Shown piece by piece: positions 54,348-63,811 of a stretch of 64,000 nt of DNA (position 1 is the stretch's first letter; each line of letters starts with the position of its first letter). Under the pieces are notes generated by a model. That model made no database searches. It saw only the letters and a list, made by a program, of their open reading frames with translations, and was not told the DNA's origin. Source of the DNA: an uncultured Acidobacteriota bacterium (GTDB taxonomy: Bacteria > Acidobacteriota > Vicinamibacteria > Vicinamibacterales > CAVVIG01); NCBI GenBank assembly GCA_963773035.1, contig CAVYZX010000038.1, forward strand, positions 320,234-384,233. The letters are read 5' to 3'. The translations under genes were made by a program, and so were the position numbers.

Positions 54348-55846
54348 CAGCAGGCACCTCGCAGTACCCAGGTGTCCTTGCTGCCGCCTCCCTGCGACGA
54401 GTTGACAACCATAGACTCGGCCTTCAGCGCGACCCGCGTCAGCCCGCCCGGGATGATCGTCACCTTTTCGCCGTCGAAGAGACAGTACGGCCGCAGATCG
54501 ACGTGTCTTCCCACCAGCCTTCCCGAGCTCTGGTCGTACGACGGCACCCGAGAGAGTTGCACCACCGGTTGAGCAATGTAATTCCGGGGATCGACGCGCA
54601 GCCGGCTGCGAAATTCCTCGATCGCCGCTTTGGTCGCCCACGGGCCCATCAGCATGCCGTAGCCGCCCGATTCACCGACGGCTTTGACGACGAGCTCGTG
54701 CGTGTGGGTCAGGGCGTGCGACAGGTCTGCGGGCCGCGAGCAGACGTAGGTGTCGACGTTGCGCAGCACCGGATCCTCACCGAGGTAGTAGCGGATGATT
54801 TCTGGAACGTAGGCGTAGACCGCTTTGTCGTCGGCGACACCGTTGCCGACGGCGTTTGCCAGAGCCACGTTCCCCGCGCGATACGCCGCCATCAACCCCG
54901 GCACGCCCAGCAGCGAGTCCGGCCGGAACGTCACAGGGTCCAGGAATTCGTCATCCACCCGCCGGTAGATCACGTCCACACGCGTCAACCCGTGGATCGT
55001 CTTCATGTAGACGACGTCGGCGTCGACAATGAGATCGCGGCTTTCGACGAGCTCGACGCCCATCTGTTGAGCAAGGAAGCTGTGCTCGAAATAGGCGCTG
55101 TTGTGGACACCTGGCGTCAACGTCACGATGACAGGATCGGCCGCGCGTGGAGAAATCGCCCGCAGCACCTGACAGAGCTCGGCGGGATAGTGATCGATCG
55201 GCAGGACCTCCTGGCGCTGAAACGCCCGCGGAAACATCCGCGTCATGACCAGCCGGTTTTCGAGAACGTACGAGACGCCGCTCGGCGTGCGAACGTTGTC
55301 CTCGAGGACGAAGAACTCGCCGGACGCGGAATCTCGCACCAGATCGATCCCCGCGACATGTGTATAGATGCCTCGCGGCACGGAGACCCCGCTCATCTCG
55401 CGCCGGAAGTGGCGGCACGACTGGACGAGCGACCGCGGAACTTTGCGATCTTTCAGAATGCGCTGCTGGCCGTAGATATCCTGCAGAAACAGGTTGAGAG
55501 CGACCACGCGCTGCGACAGGCCGCGCTCGATGCGATCCCATTCGTCCCGCGGCAGAATGCGCGGCACGAGATCGAAGGGAAAGAGCCGTTCCGTGCCCAG
55601 CCCGTCGTTGTAGACCGTGAACGTGATGCCTTGAAGCAGGAAGGCCAGATCGGCCAGGCGCCGGCGCTCGTCGAATTGCGCCGGCGCCATGTGCGCGAGC
55701 TCGTCGTAGAACGGGACGCAATGAGGCCGCGGCTCCCCGTTCGCGGTGAACATTTCGTCGTAGAAAGCCCCGGGCGCGTAGTCGTCGAGCAACGTCACCA
55801 GAGCTTGGGAGAGTTTCTGTGCCTCCATGAACGCGCGCGGCGACAT
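54347..55846 (-). CDS. circularly permuted type-2 ATP-grasp protein
   Basis: 499 aa with the blocks YDELAHM, ITFTVYND, LVPRILP, VLEDNVRTPSGVSYVLENR and GVPGLMAAYRAGNVALANAVGNGVADDKAVYAYVPEIIRYYLGE. Confidence 0.9.
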   Translation of the reverse strand: MSPRAFMEAQKLSQALVTLLDDYAPGAFYDEMFTANGEPRPHCVPFYDELAHMAPAQFDERRRLADLAFLLQGITFTVYNDGLGTERLFPFDLVPRILPRDEWDRIERGLSQRVVALNLFLQDIYGQQRILKDRKVPRSLVQSCRHFRREMSGVSVPRGIYTHVAGIDLVRDSASGEFFVLEDNVRTPSGVSYVLENRLVMTRMFPRAFQRQEVLPIDHYPAELCQVLRAISPRAADPVIVTLTPGVHNSAYFEHSFLAQQMGVELVESRDLIVDADVVYMKTIHGLTRVDVIYRRVDDEFLDPVTFRPDSLLGVPGLMAAYRAGNVALANAVGNGVADDKAVYAYVPEIIRYYLGEDPVLRNVDTYVCSRPADLSHALTHTHELVVKAVGESGGYGMLMGPWATKAAIEEFRSRLRVDPRNYIAQPVVQLSRVPSYDQSSGRLVGRHVDLRPYCLFDGEKVTIIPGGLTRVALKAESMVVNSSQGGGSKDTWVLRGAC

Positions 55847-56242
55847 CCTACTTCACGGGCGGGAGAGGCGTCCGACGAAAGTCACGAACATGCCGCCGCG
55901 CGCGCTGAACCAAGGAGCAAGATGAGCGCCAAGCTCGCGATCGCAACCTCGCATGGGTAGCGCGTAAATGGCGGGCGTTTCCTCAATGATTCGCAGTCCC
56001 TGTCAACAGGGTGCGCCCTACGTTAATGTTGAAAGCGTGGGATCAGGCCGACATAGATGTCGTTCTCGGCTATTGTCGAGGTACGGCAGTGCTGCGACGA
56101 GTGGCGCTGAAATCTGAAGGTAGTCGCAGGGACGCGGCGGGACTTCGGCCGATGACGCCAGCCAAGAAGCCTGCCCTACGTTTCTGTGGTGAAGACGCTA
56201 CGGAACTTCAGAATTGTCGAAACGGGTTTTCGGCCGGAGGGG

Positions 56243-56470
56243 CTAGCTGTTCCGATTTCGAATGCGGCGCTCGGCTTCGAGCCAGTCCTCGAGGTCTTGT
56301 CCGTGCTCGGCGCCTCTCGCCAGGAACAACTCGTGTGCGAGGCTTGCGATATCGGCATCCGAGCCCGCGGGCTCGCGAAGGAGTCGGTCGCCGGCCGTTT
56401 CAACCGGCCCGGAAGCGTTGGAGGTTTTCCTGGAACTCGTACGTCCTTGTCTAGGTCGTGATGTGGTCAT
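56243..56470 (-). CDS. DUF2934 domain protein
   Basis: 75 aa from ATG 56470. The C-terminal block IASLAHELFLARGAEHGQDLEDWLEAERRI matches the DUF2934 pattern. Confidence 0.65.
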   Translation of the reverse strand: MTTSRPRQGRTSSRKTSNASGPVETAGDRLLREPAGSDADIASLAHELFLARGAEHGQDLEDWLEAERRIRNRNS

Positions 56471-56496
56471 ACGTCCAGTATATCGTGTGGTGGCCG

Positions 56497-56715
56497 TCAC
56501 TCGGCGCGGGCGATTGTGCCCGACGGCGTCCAGCGCAGGAATTCCGACCCGACGAGCACGTCGATCACTCGACCGCAAGCCGCAGGCTCGAGTCCCCAAA
56601 AACGCGTGGCCTGCGCGGGAGTCAGCGTCAAGCCCGGCATTTCGAGAAATTCAGCACGTACCCGATCGACGAGGGCGTCGAAGTTCGAATGGCGATTCAA
56701 TCTGTCTGGGCTCAT
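56497..56715 (-). CDS. small hypothetical protein (possible winged-helix)
   Basis: 72 aa from ATG 56715 with a strong RBS (gggagg). Sequence MSPDRLNRHSNFDALVDRVRAEFLEMPGLTLTPAQATRFWGLEPAACGRVIDVLV.... The upstream part of the 197-aa ORF runs through repeat DNA. Confidence 0.6.
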   Translation of the reverse strand: MSPDRLNRHSNFDALVDRVRAEFLEMPGLTLTPAQATRFWGLEPAACGRVIDVLVGSEFLRWTPSGTIARAE

Positions 56716-56781
56716 GAAGCCTCCCAAAGCTTGCTTCGCCCTCAAGCAAGATGTGGGCCGCGGGTGCAGAACGAAACTATT

Positions 56782-56922
56782 AACCACAGAGGACACAGAG
56801 GACACGGAGTTCGAGCGCTCAGACGGGCGCCTACTCGGTGACTTAGTGACTCTGTGGCCCAACCGGCTTTCCGGCAACTTGCTCGTCTTCGTGACAATTT
56901 CGTGGGCTTCGTGCCTTCGTGA
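56782..56922. repeat. composite intergenic element: CACAGAG/CACGGAG and CTTCGTG short-period repeat arms
   Basis: The order is aaccacagaggacacagaggacacggag, then gtgacttagtgactctgtgg, then cttcgtgacaatttcgtgggcttcgtgccttcgtga. Confidence 0.75.
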
Positions 56923-57099
56923 TGGACAAGCGCCCCGGCGACTGGTTGACTGTATCCGACGGATTACTACCAGATCACGATCAACGCGGAGACCGCAAAG
57001 CCCGCCGAGACAACATGTCATTCCAGATTGAGACTCCGCGATCTCCGCGTTCTCTGCGTTCGACGTCGTGACCGGTACTGATTCAGCCAATACACTCCA

Positions 57100-59766
57100 C
57101 TAGAACCGACTCATGTCGCAGCTAGTGCCGCCGGCCGCTGGAATGTAGGCGTTGAGCACGTAGTCCATCACCATTCGATCGGCACTGAAGCGCCACCCAA
57201 GCGTGCGAATTGCGCGCTTCATGCGTGCAATCCATTTCCGGGGCAAGCCGTCCTGATCGCGTTCGTAGTACTGGGGAATCACCTCGTCGCGCAGGACCTT
57301 GAAAAGCGCTTCGCCGTCTCGAAAATCGTGCAGCTGAATCGACGTGTGCGTCTCGCCGCTGCCGATGGCGAAGCCATTCAGCCCGTCGTAGGCTTCGGCC
57401 CACCATCCGTCGAGGATGGACAGGTTCAATCCGCCATTCAAGACGACCTTCTGACCGCTCGTGCCGCAGGCTTCGAGGGGCCGTCGCGGGTTGTTGATCC
57501 AGCAGTCCACGCCCTGCACCAGGTGCCGGCCGACGTTGATGTCGTAGTCCTCGATGAACACGACTTTGCCGGCGAACCGCGGATCGCGCATCAAGTGGGC
57601 GACCTCCTGAAGCACCTCCTTCCCCGGCCGATCCTGTGGATGAGCTTTACCGGCAAAGACCAGCTGGATCGGTGTCTGTGAGTCGTTCGCAAGCGCCGCG
57701 ATGGCTTCGATGTCGCGGAGGATCAGATTGGCGCGCTTGTAGGTCGCGAAGCGCCTGGCGAATCCCACCGTCAGGGCATCCAGGCTCAGCGACCGCCGCA
57801 GCTGGCCGACGAACTCTGGCGACTCGCCGCGTCGTTCGGCCGATTGAGCGGCCCGCATTCGCGCGATGTCGATGAGGCGGACTTTGAGTGCCTGGTGTGT
57901 CTCCCACAGTTCGCCGTCGTCCACCTGGTCGATGGCTTCCCAGAAACCTGGTTCACCGCATCTCTGCGGCCAGTCGGGACCGAGGTGGCGCTCGTAGAGC
58001 TGTTGCATCTGCGGTGCGAGCCAGGTGTGAACGTGAATGCCGTTCGTGATGTGCCCGATTGGCACGCGGTCCTCGCTCCGATCGGGAAAGAGCGGTCCCC
58101 ACATCGCTCGCGACACCTGTCCGTGAAGCGACGAGACCGCATTGGCGCGGCGGGACATCTTGAGGGCCAGGACGGTCATGCAGAACTCTTCGTGCGAATC
58201 CGCTGGATTCACCCGTCCACAGGCCATGAGCTGCAGGTCGCTGATTCCCAGAGTGTCGCGGACCGGCCCCAAATGTTCCTCGATCAGCTCGGCCGGGAAC
58301 CGATCGTGGCCGGCGGGCACCGGTGTGTGCGTCGTGAACACGATCTGCTGAGCCACGCGGCGCATGGCTTCGTCGGCGCCGATGCCTTCGGTCGCCATGC
58401 GATGCCGTACGAGCTCGAGCGCGGCGAATGCGCTGTGACCTTCATTCAAGTGAATGACGCCGGGCGAGACACCCATCGCCGCCAGGGCGCGCACGCCACC
58501 GATGCCGAGGAGCAGTTCCTGGCGGATCCGGACGCGATGATCGCCACCGTACAGGCGAGAAGTCAGCTCACGGTCTTCGGGTAGATTCCCGTCTACGTTC
58601 GAGTCGAGCAGCAGCAGCGTCCGGCGTCCTACGAGCAGTTTCCAGACATGGGCCTTGATCGTGCCGGTCCGGGTGTCGATCGACACGCGAATCGGCACGC
58701 CGTTGTTCATGGCCGGCTGAATGGGAAGCAACCGGCTGTCGACGTCGATATAGTCCTCGTGCTGCCACCCGTCGCGATCCAGCCGTTGCCTGAAGTAGCC
58801 CTGGTCGTAATAGAGCCCCACGCCGATCAAGGGGATCCCGAGATCCGACGCGCTTTTGATGTGATCGCCCGCAAGAATCCCGAGGCCGCCTGAATAGATC
58901 GGAATCGATTCGTGCAGTCCGAATTCGGCAGAGAAATAGGCGACGGGCCTGGCCCACAGCACACCTGCGTGCCTGTCGCCCCACGTGCGATGCGATTCGA
59001 GATAGTCCTGCATGCGCCGATAGGCGTAGTTGATGCGGCTGTGCAGCGCGAGCTCCGAAGTTCGCTCTTCGATCTTCTCGATGGACGTGTGGCGAAGGAG
59101 AGCAATCGGATTGTTCCCCGACTCCCGCCACATGATCGGATCGAGCTGACGGAACAGGGTCCGGCTGTCGGTGTCGAACGTCCACCACAGGTTCTGCGCC
59201 AGGGCGGAAAGGCGCTGGTGCGTCGGCGCGACGAATTGAGCAAGAGTACGGACCTCGCTGACCAGGGAGGCCAGTTGAGCGCCTGCCATCACCAGCATCC
59301 GCACGTCGTTCTGGCCGAACGCGCGTGGTTCGATCGTTTGAACGATGAGCACACCCTGGAGGCGTGCCCGGTCGATGACCGGGACACCGAGGAACGAGTG
59401 ATAGGAATCCTCGCCGGCTTCAGCGAAATATTTGAACCGTGGGTGTGACCTGGCGTCGGCGACGACCTGGGGCTGCATCTGCTCAGCCACCAGGCCGACC
59501 AACCCTTCGTCGAGCCGCATGCGGATCCGGCCCACGCTTTCAGGTTGAAGCCCAATCGTCGCGGCCAGGACCAGGCTGGACCGATCGGGCTCGAGGAGAT
59601 AGACGGAGCAGACGTCGGTGTCGAACCGGCGCCGAATCAGATGGACGATGTTGGCCAGCGTTTCAGCGGGGCTTCCACTGTGCGAGACGAGGCGACTGAT
59701 CTCCTCGAGCGTCCAAAGTTCCGATCCTTCAGAAGTCTGGGTCAACGGGATCTCGGCCCGGCTCAC
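57100..59766 (-). CDS. glgP: alpha-glucan (glycogen/maltodextrin) phosphorylase with N-terminal GAF domain
   Basis: 888 aa. Residues 1 to about 185 are GAF-like (VCSVYLLEPDRSSLVLAATIG...FLGVPVIDRARLQGVLIVQT). The rest is an alpha-glucan-family phosphorylase (GGLGILAGDHIKSASDLGIPLIGVGLYY, ACGTSGQKVVLNGG). Confidence 0.9.
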   Translation of the reverse strand: MSRAEIPLTQTSEGSELWTLEEISRLVSHSGSPAETLANIVHLIRRRFDTDVCSVYLLEPDRSSLVLAATIGLQPESVGRIRMRLDEGLVGLVAEQMQPQVVADARSHPRFKYFAEAGEDSYHSFLGVPVIDRARLQGVLIVQTIEPRAFGQNDVRMLVMAGAQLASLVSEVRTLAQFVAPTHQRLSALAQNLWWTFDTDSRTLFRQLDPIMWRESGNNPIALLRHTSIEKIEERTSELALHSRINYAYRRMQDYLESHRTWGDRHAGVLWARPVAYFSAEFGLHESIPIYSGGLGILAGDHIKSASDLGIPLIGVGLYYDQGYFRQRLDRDGWQHEDYIDVDSRLLPIQPAMNNGVPIRVSIDTRTGTIKAHVWKLLVGRRTLLLLDSNVDGNLPEDRELTSRLYGGDHRVRIRQELLLGIGGVRALAAMGVSPGVIHLNEGHSAFAALELVRHRMATEGIGADEAMRRVAQQIVFTTHTPVPAGHDRFPAELIEEHLGPVRDTLGISDLQLMACGRVNPADSHEEFCMTVLALKMSRRANAVSSLHGQVSRAMWGPLFPDRSEDRVPIGHITNGIHVHTWLAPQMQQLYERHLGPDWPQRCGEPGFWEAIDQVDDGELWETHQALKVRLIDIARMRAAQSAERRGESPEFVGQLRRSLSLDALTVGFARRFATYKRANLILRDIEAIAALANDSQTPIQLVFAGKAHPQDRPGKEVLQEVAHLMRDPRFAGKVVFIEDYDINVGRHLVQGVDCWINNPRRPLEACGTSGQKVVLNGGLNLSILDGWWAEAYDGLNGFAIGSGETHTSIQLHDFRDGEALFKVLRDEVIPQYYERDQDGLPRKWIARMKRAIRTLGWRFSADRMVMDYVLNAYIPAAGGTSCDMSRF

Positions 59767-60003
59767 GTCCCTACCTCCTGTGGCAGCACCAGCGCCGCCG
59801 CACTCCCAAAAGGGCTGTAAACGCGCGGCTTACCCCAGCAAGAACATTGCCTCATCGGCTTCGTTGCGCTCGGCGCAGTCGTGAGTGACGCCATGCGGGT
59901 TCCCAACAAGACTGTAGGTTTGGCCGCTAAGCGTCTACAAAGTTGTCGGAAGTGACAAGGGCTGCCACGCGGCTGGCCCTTGCGAGAGGTTACAGGCTAC
60001 CAC

Positions 60004-61146
60004 CTACCTGGCTGGTCCGCCTTCGCCGCCTTGCGTCGTTGGAATGGGACGGGCGCCGGCGTCGAGGCCTTGTTGAACGCCCTTGCGCGCTCGAATGATG
60101 CCCTTCTTGGCATCTTCTTCGATCGCCTTGTCTTCGGCGCGTTCGCCGCCCAGGACCGCGGCGAGCATATAGTTGCCTTCGTGGCACTCGTACGGCAGCA
60201 GTTGGAAGCCCGCGGGTGAAATCAGCGGGATCGACAGTGTCCACGGTCGCGTGTAGGTCTTGGGATCGTCGATCGTCACTTCGTACTGAAGAACGTCGTG
60301 CTCGGTGCGGGTGAAGCGCTCGATCAGTTTCATGTCAGCGCTGTGACGCAGACCGTTGCCGTTGGGGCCGATGCTCGTCTCGTCGGTGAAGTTCGTGGTT
60401 TCGACGACGAGAGTGTTCCCTTCCCAATGGCCGCGCGAATCGCCGAGATACTGGCGAATCTTCTGACTGACGTGCGGCCGGCCGTCAAGAGGTATCACGC
60501 GCGTGTCGTGCACCATCTCGTAGCTGATGACGATCTGGCCGGGTGTCTGCAGAATCCGATTGCCGTTCCCGTACACGACAGGAAGGATCGACCCGACGAC
60601 GCCGCGGGTGATGCAGCGGTCGTACAACGTGAAGTCTTCCGGCCCATAGAATGGTCCTTCGCCAAAGCTGCCTCGGTCGCGCGGGGCGGCGCGCTTCTGG
60701 GCATCGGCCGCGAGCGGCGGGCGCCGTCCGTCGGCTGGCTCGACGATCAACGACGTTTGTCGGAACGACTTGTGAATCCATGCGCCATCGTTTCTAAACG
60801 CGCCCTCGGCGTTTTCGGCTTGAGTCCGCGTCTGTTCGTCTCGCTTCACCTTGGCGGCATATTCCTCGTCGCTGAGCACCGCCTTGCCGGCCAGTTGTTC
60901 GGGCCGTTCCGTCGGAATGCCGCGAACGCTATCGCTGGTCCAGACTCCGCTGAGGTCGGGGTCTCCCCATGCAGTTTTTGGCGCAGTCCATGTTGCTTTC
61001 GAGGTATCGGCCCGCCTGGCCTGGGCAGGTGCTTTCGCCGTCGTGCCTTGTGTCTCGGTCGCGGTTTGAGCGAAGGCCGGAGCGACGGCGAGACAGGCGA
61101 ACCCAATCACGGCGGTCAGCGCAGCACACTTCCCGAGGTTGTTCAT
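60004..61146 (-). CDS. hypothetical secreted protein (paralog of 963..1781)
   Basis: ATG 61146 with RBS ggagg and signal peptide MNNLGKCAALTAVIGFACLAVAPAFA. Shares conserved blocks with 963..1781. The longer ORF to 61362 lacks coding character. Confidence 0.75.
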   Translation of the reverse strand: MNNLGKCAALTAVIGFACLAVAPAFAQTATETQGTTAKAPAQARRADTSKATWTAPKTAWGDPDLSGVWTSDSVRGIPTERPEQLAGKAVLSDEEYAAKVKRDEQTRTQAENAEGAFRNDGAWIHKSFRQTSLIVEPADGRRPPLAADAQKRAAPRDRGSFGEGPFYGPEDFTLYDRCITRGVVGSILPVVYGNGNRILQTPGQIVISYEMVHDTRVIPLDGRPHVSQKIRQYLGDSRGHWEGNTLVVETTNFTDETSIGPNGNGLRHSADMKLIERFTRTEHDVLQYEVTIDDPKTYTRPWTLSIPLISPAGFQLLPYECHEGNYMLAAVLGGERAEDKAIEEDAKKGIIRARKGVQQGLDAGARPIPTTQGGEGGPAR

Positions 61147-61231
61147 CTGGGATCTCCTCCGAAGAATTATAGGCGACAAAGACAGTCCCGGCGGTTGACT
61201 CTCTCTTGCCCGCAGTGGAAGATGACGGCCT

Positions 61232-63811
61232 GTGAAATCTTCCGCGAAAATCGGCCTCAGAACCGGAGTGAGAGCCGGTGTCGCTCTGTGCGCGATCCTG
61301 CTGGCTCTGCAGTCCGATGCCCGACAAGGATCCTCAACGTCTCCGTTGGGTCTCCGGCTCATCGTCGTCGGATCTCAGGAAGAGGCCGAGGACGTGTTGG
61401 AACGGCTCGCTCGAGGCCAGGATTTCGAAGCGTTGGCCCGAGAAAAATCCATCGACACGACCGCCGGTGACGGCGGCTACCTGGGGAAGGTCGATCCTTC
61501 GACCTTGCGTCCGGAGCTGCGCGATGCCCTTCGAGGTGTTCAGCCGGGCCGATATACAGGCGTCGTCCGGATCCCGACAGGCTATGCGGTGCTGCTGGTT
61601 CTGTCCGATAGAGACTCTCCATCCTTCAAGGACGACAACAATCCCACACGCATCCTGGCCGCCTCGGCGACAGGAGCCGTACAAATCACGCTCCCGGTAG
61701 CCGGCTTGAACGAGGCGGACGCCGTTCTGCTTGGCGCGCCGAAGCCTGACGATTGGAATACCGATCTTCGAGCGATTTGCGACGCTCGTACCAAGCCAAT
61801 CGCCGAGCTGCTCGACCGTCTCGAACGGACGCCGATCACGGCAGACGATGAATCGAAGCTGGATGCCGTGGAGGCCCAATATGCGTGGGCTCAGCTCCAC
61901 GCGTATCTGGGCGACATGGCCAAGGCGATCGAGCGGTGGCGCGTAGCCGACTCCCTCGCGCAGATGTTCGTGACCCGCGCGATCCCGACGATGCTCGAAA
62001 CGATGGGCATCGCCTATTTTCACAAATCGGGGGTGGACAACGGTGTGTTTCGCAGCCCGGGCGAGTTTTGCCTCTTCCCACCACGGTCCGGGACACCGTA
62101 CCGCGACAGCGCGAGCGCCCAGCAAGCACTCCAATACTTCACCAAATATCTCGAGCAGAAGCCCAACGACCTCGAAGTGCGGTGGCTTCTGAATCTGACG
62201 TACGTCGCGCTGGGGCGCTATCCGGCCGGGGTTCCCCCTCAGCACCTGATTTCTCCGTCCGCGTTTCGCTCCGAGGCCGATATCGGCCGCTTCGTGGACG
62301 TCGCGACCGAAGCGGGCTTGAAGGTGTTTTCCATGGCCGGCGGCACGATCGTAGACCGGTTCCAGAAGGACGACCTCCTCGACGTCGTCACCTCGAGCAT
62401 GGACGTCTGCGAGCCGCTGCACTTTTTTCGCAACAATGGAAATGGCACGTTCACGGAACGGACGACAGAAGCCGGTCTGGCCGATCAGTTGGGCGGCTTG
62501 AACCTCGTCCAGGCGGACTACAACAACGATGGGTGCACGGACATCCTGGTGTTGCGTGGCGGCTGGGAATTCCCCATGCGAAAGTCGCTGTTGCGCAACA
62601 ACTGCAACGGCACATTCACCGATGTCACACGCGAAAGCGGTCTCTGGAACACGACCAGCAGCACGCAGACTGCGGCATGGGCCGACATCGACAACGATGG
62701 CTTTCTCGATCTCTTTGCCGGTAGCGAGAGCGGTCCGAGCCAGTTGTTCCGGAACAAAGGCAACGGGACGTTCGAAGACATCTCGCAGTCAGCCGGCATC
62801 GCGGTCTCGACTTTCGCCAAGGGCGTCGTGGCGGAAGACTACGACAACGACGGATACGTCGACTTCTATGTCTCCAATTACAACGGCAACAACCTTCTCT
62901 ATCACAACCAGCGCAATCGCAGGTTCACGGAAGTGGGAAAGTTGGCCGGCGTGCAGGCGCCGTGGCGGAGCTTTGCCGCGTGGTTTTTCGACTACGACAA
63001 CGACGGCTGGCCTGACTTGTTCGTAAACAGCTACTACATCAGCAGCGATGAGAGTATCCGGACGTATCTCGGCCTTCCGAACAACGCCGAGGTGTCGAGG
63101 TTGTACAGGAATCTGGGCGATGGCACCTTCCGCGACGTATCGGCTGAAGCGAAACTGGACAAAGTGTTCATGCCGATGGCTGCCAACTTCGGGGATGTCG
63201 ACAACGACGGCTATCTGGACATGTACCTCGGCATGGGGAGTCCGTCGTTTGCGTCGGTGCTGCCTCACGAGTTGCTCCTGAACAGAGACGGCAAGTTCGC
63301 GAGCGCGACCGCATCGTCTGGCACCGGCGAGCTGCACAAAGGACACGGAATTTCATTTGCCGATCTGGATCGCGACGGCGACGAGGACATCGTCGCCGAG
63401 ATTGGTGGTGCGGTGCCCGCCGATCGGCACGCGCTGCGGCTGTTCGAGAATCCCGGCGGTGAAAACGACTGGATCAACATCCGCCTGGTGGGCGTGACCA
63501 GCAATCGATCGGCGATTGGCGCGCGGATCACGGTCACCGTGGAGAGCGCGGGCGACAACGTTGTCGCCAAACGCTCCATATACCGAACCGTTGGCAGCGG
63601 CGGCTCGTTCGGCGCCAACCCTATGGAGCAGCACATCGGCCTCGGCAGACGAGCGAGAATCCAGAGCCTCGACATCTGGTGGCCGACCAGTAACACACGC
63701 CAGACATTTTCGAACGTCGCAAAGAACCAGTTCATCGAGATCCGCGAGTCCGCGAAGGATTACACGAAGCTCGAGAGAAGAACGGTTCGATTGGGAGGAA
63801 CGAGAAAGTAG
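61232..63811 (+). CDS. CRTAC1-family protein: parvulin-like PPIase + TPR-like region + FG-GAP/VCBS repeats + ASPIC/UnbV
   Basis: 859 aa with a signal peptide. PpiC-type block LRLIVVGSQEEAEDVLERLARGQDFEALAREKSID...GGYLGKV...GYAVLLVL. Repeated motifs DYNNDGCTDILV, DIDNDGFLDLF, DYDNDGYVDFYV, DYDNDGWPDLFV and DVDNDGYLDMYL. C-terminal UnbV_ASPIC block WINIRLVG...NRSAIGARITV. Confidence 0.85.
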   Translation: MKSSAKIGLRTGVRAGVALCAILLALQSDARQGSSTSPLGLRLIVVGSQEEAEDVLERLARGQDFEALAREKSIDTTAGDGGYLGKVDPSTLRPELRDALRGVQPGRYTGVVRIPTGYAVLLVLSDRDSPSFKDDNNPTRILAASATGAVQITLPVAGLNEADAVLLGAPKPDDWNTDLRAICDARTKPIAELLDRLERTPITADDESKLDAVEAQYAWAQLHAYLGDMAKAIERWRVADSLAQMFVTRAIPTMLETMGIAYFHKSGVDNGVFRSPGEFCLFPPRSGTPYRDSASAQQALQYFTKYLEQKPNDLEVRWLLNLTYVALGRYPAGVPPQHLISPSAFRSEADIGRFVDVATEAGLKVFSMAGGTIVDRFQKDDLLDVVTSSMDVCEPLHFFRNNGNGTFTERTTEAGLADQLGGLNLVQADYNNDGCTDILVLRGGWEFPMRKSLLRNNCNGTFTDVTRESGLWNTTSSTQTAAWADIDNDGFLDLFAGSESGPSQLFRNKGNGTFEDISQSAGIAVSTFAKGVVAEDYDNDGYVDFYVSNYNGNNLLYHNQRNRRFTEVGKLAGVQAPWRSFAAWFFDYDNDGWPDLFVNSYYISSDESIRTYLGLPNNAEVSRLYRNLGDGTFRDVSAEAKLDKVFMPMAANFGDVDNDGYLDMYLGMGSPSFASVLPHELLLNRDGKFASATASSGTGELHKGHGISFADLDRDGDEDIVAEIGGAVPADRHALRLFENPGGENDWINIRLVGVTSNRSAIGARITVTVESAGDNVVAKRSIYRTVGSGGSFGANPMEQHIGLGRRARIQSLDIWWPTSNTRQTFSNVAKNQFIEIRESAKDYTKLERRTVRLGGTRK

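Noticed and set aside
54503-55960. 485-aa plus-strand ORF
   Set aside because: It is antisense to the circularly permuted ATP-grasp gene. Only its last 12 codons (the mini-ORF at 55922) lie outside that gene, and they are reported separately as speculative.
61334-62422. 362-aa minus-strand ORF
   Set aside because: It is antisense to the CRTAC1-like gene and has mirror-frame composition.
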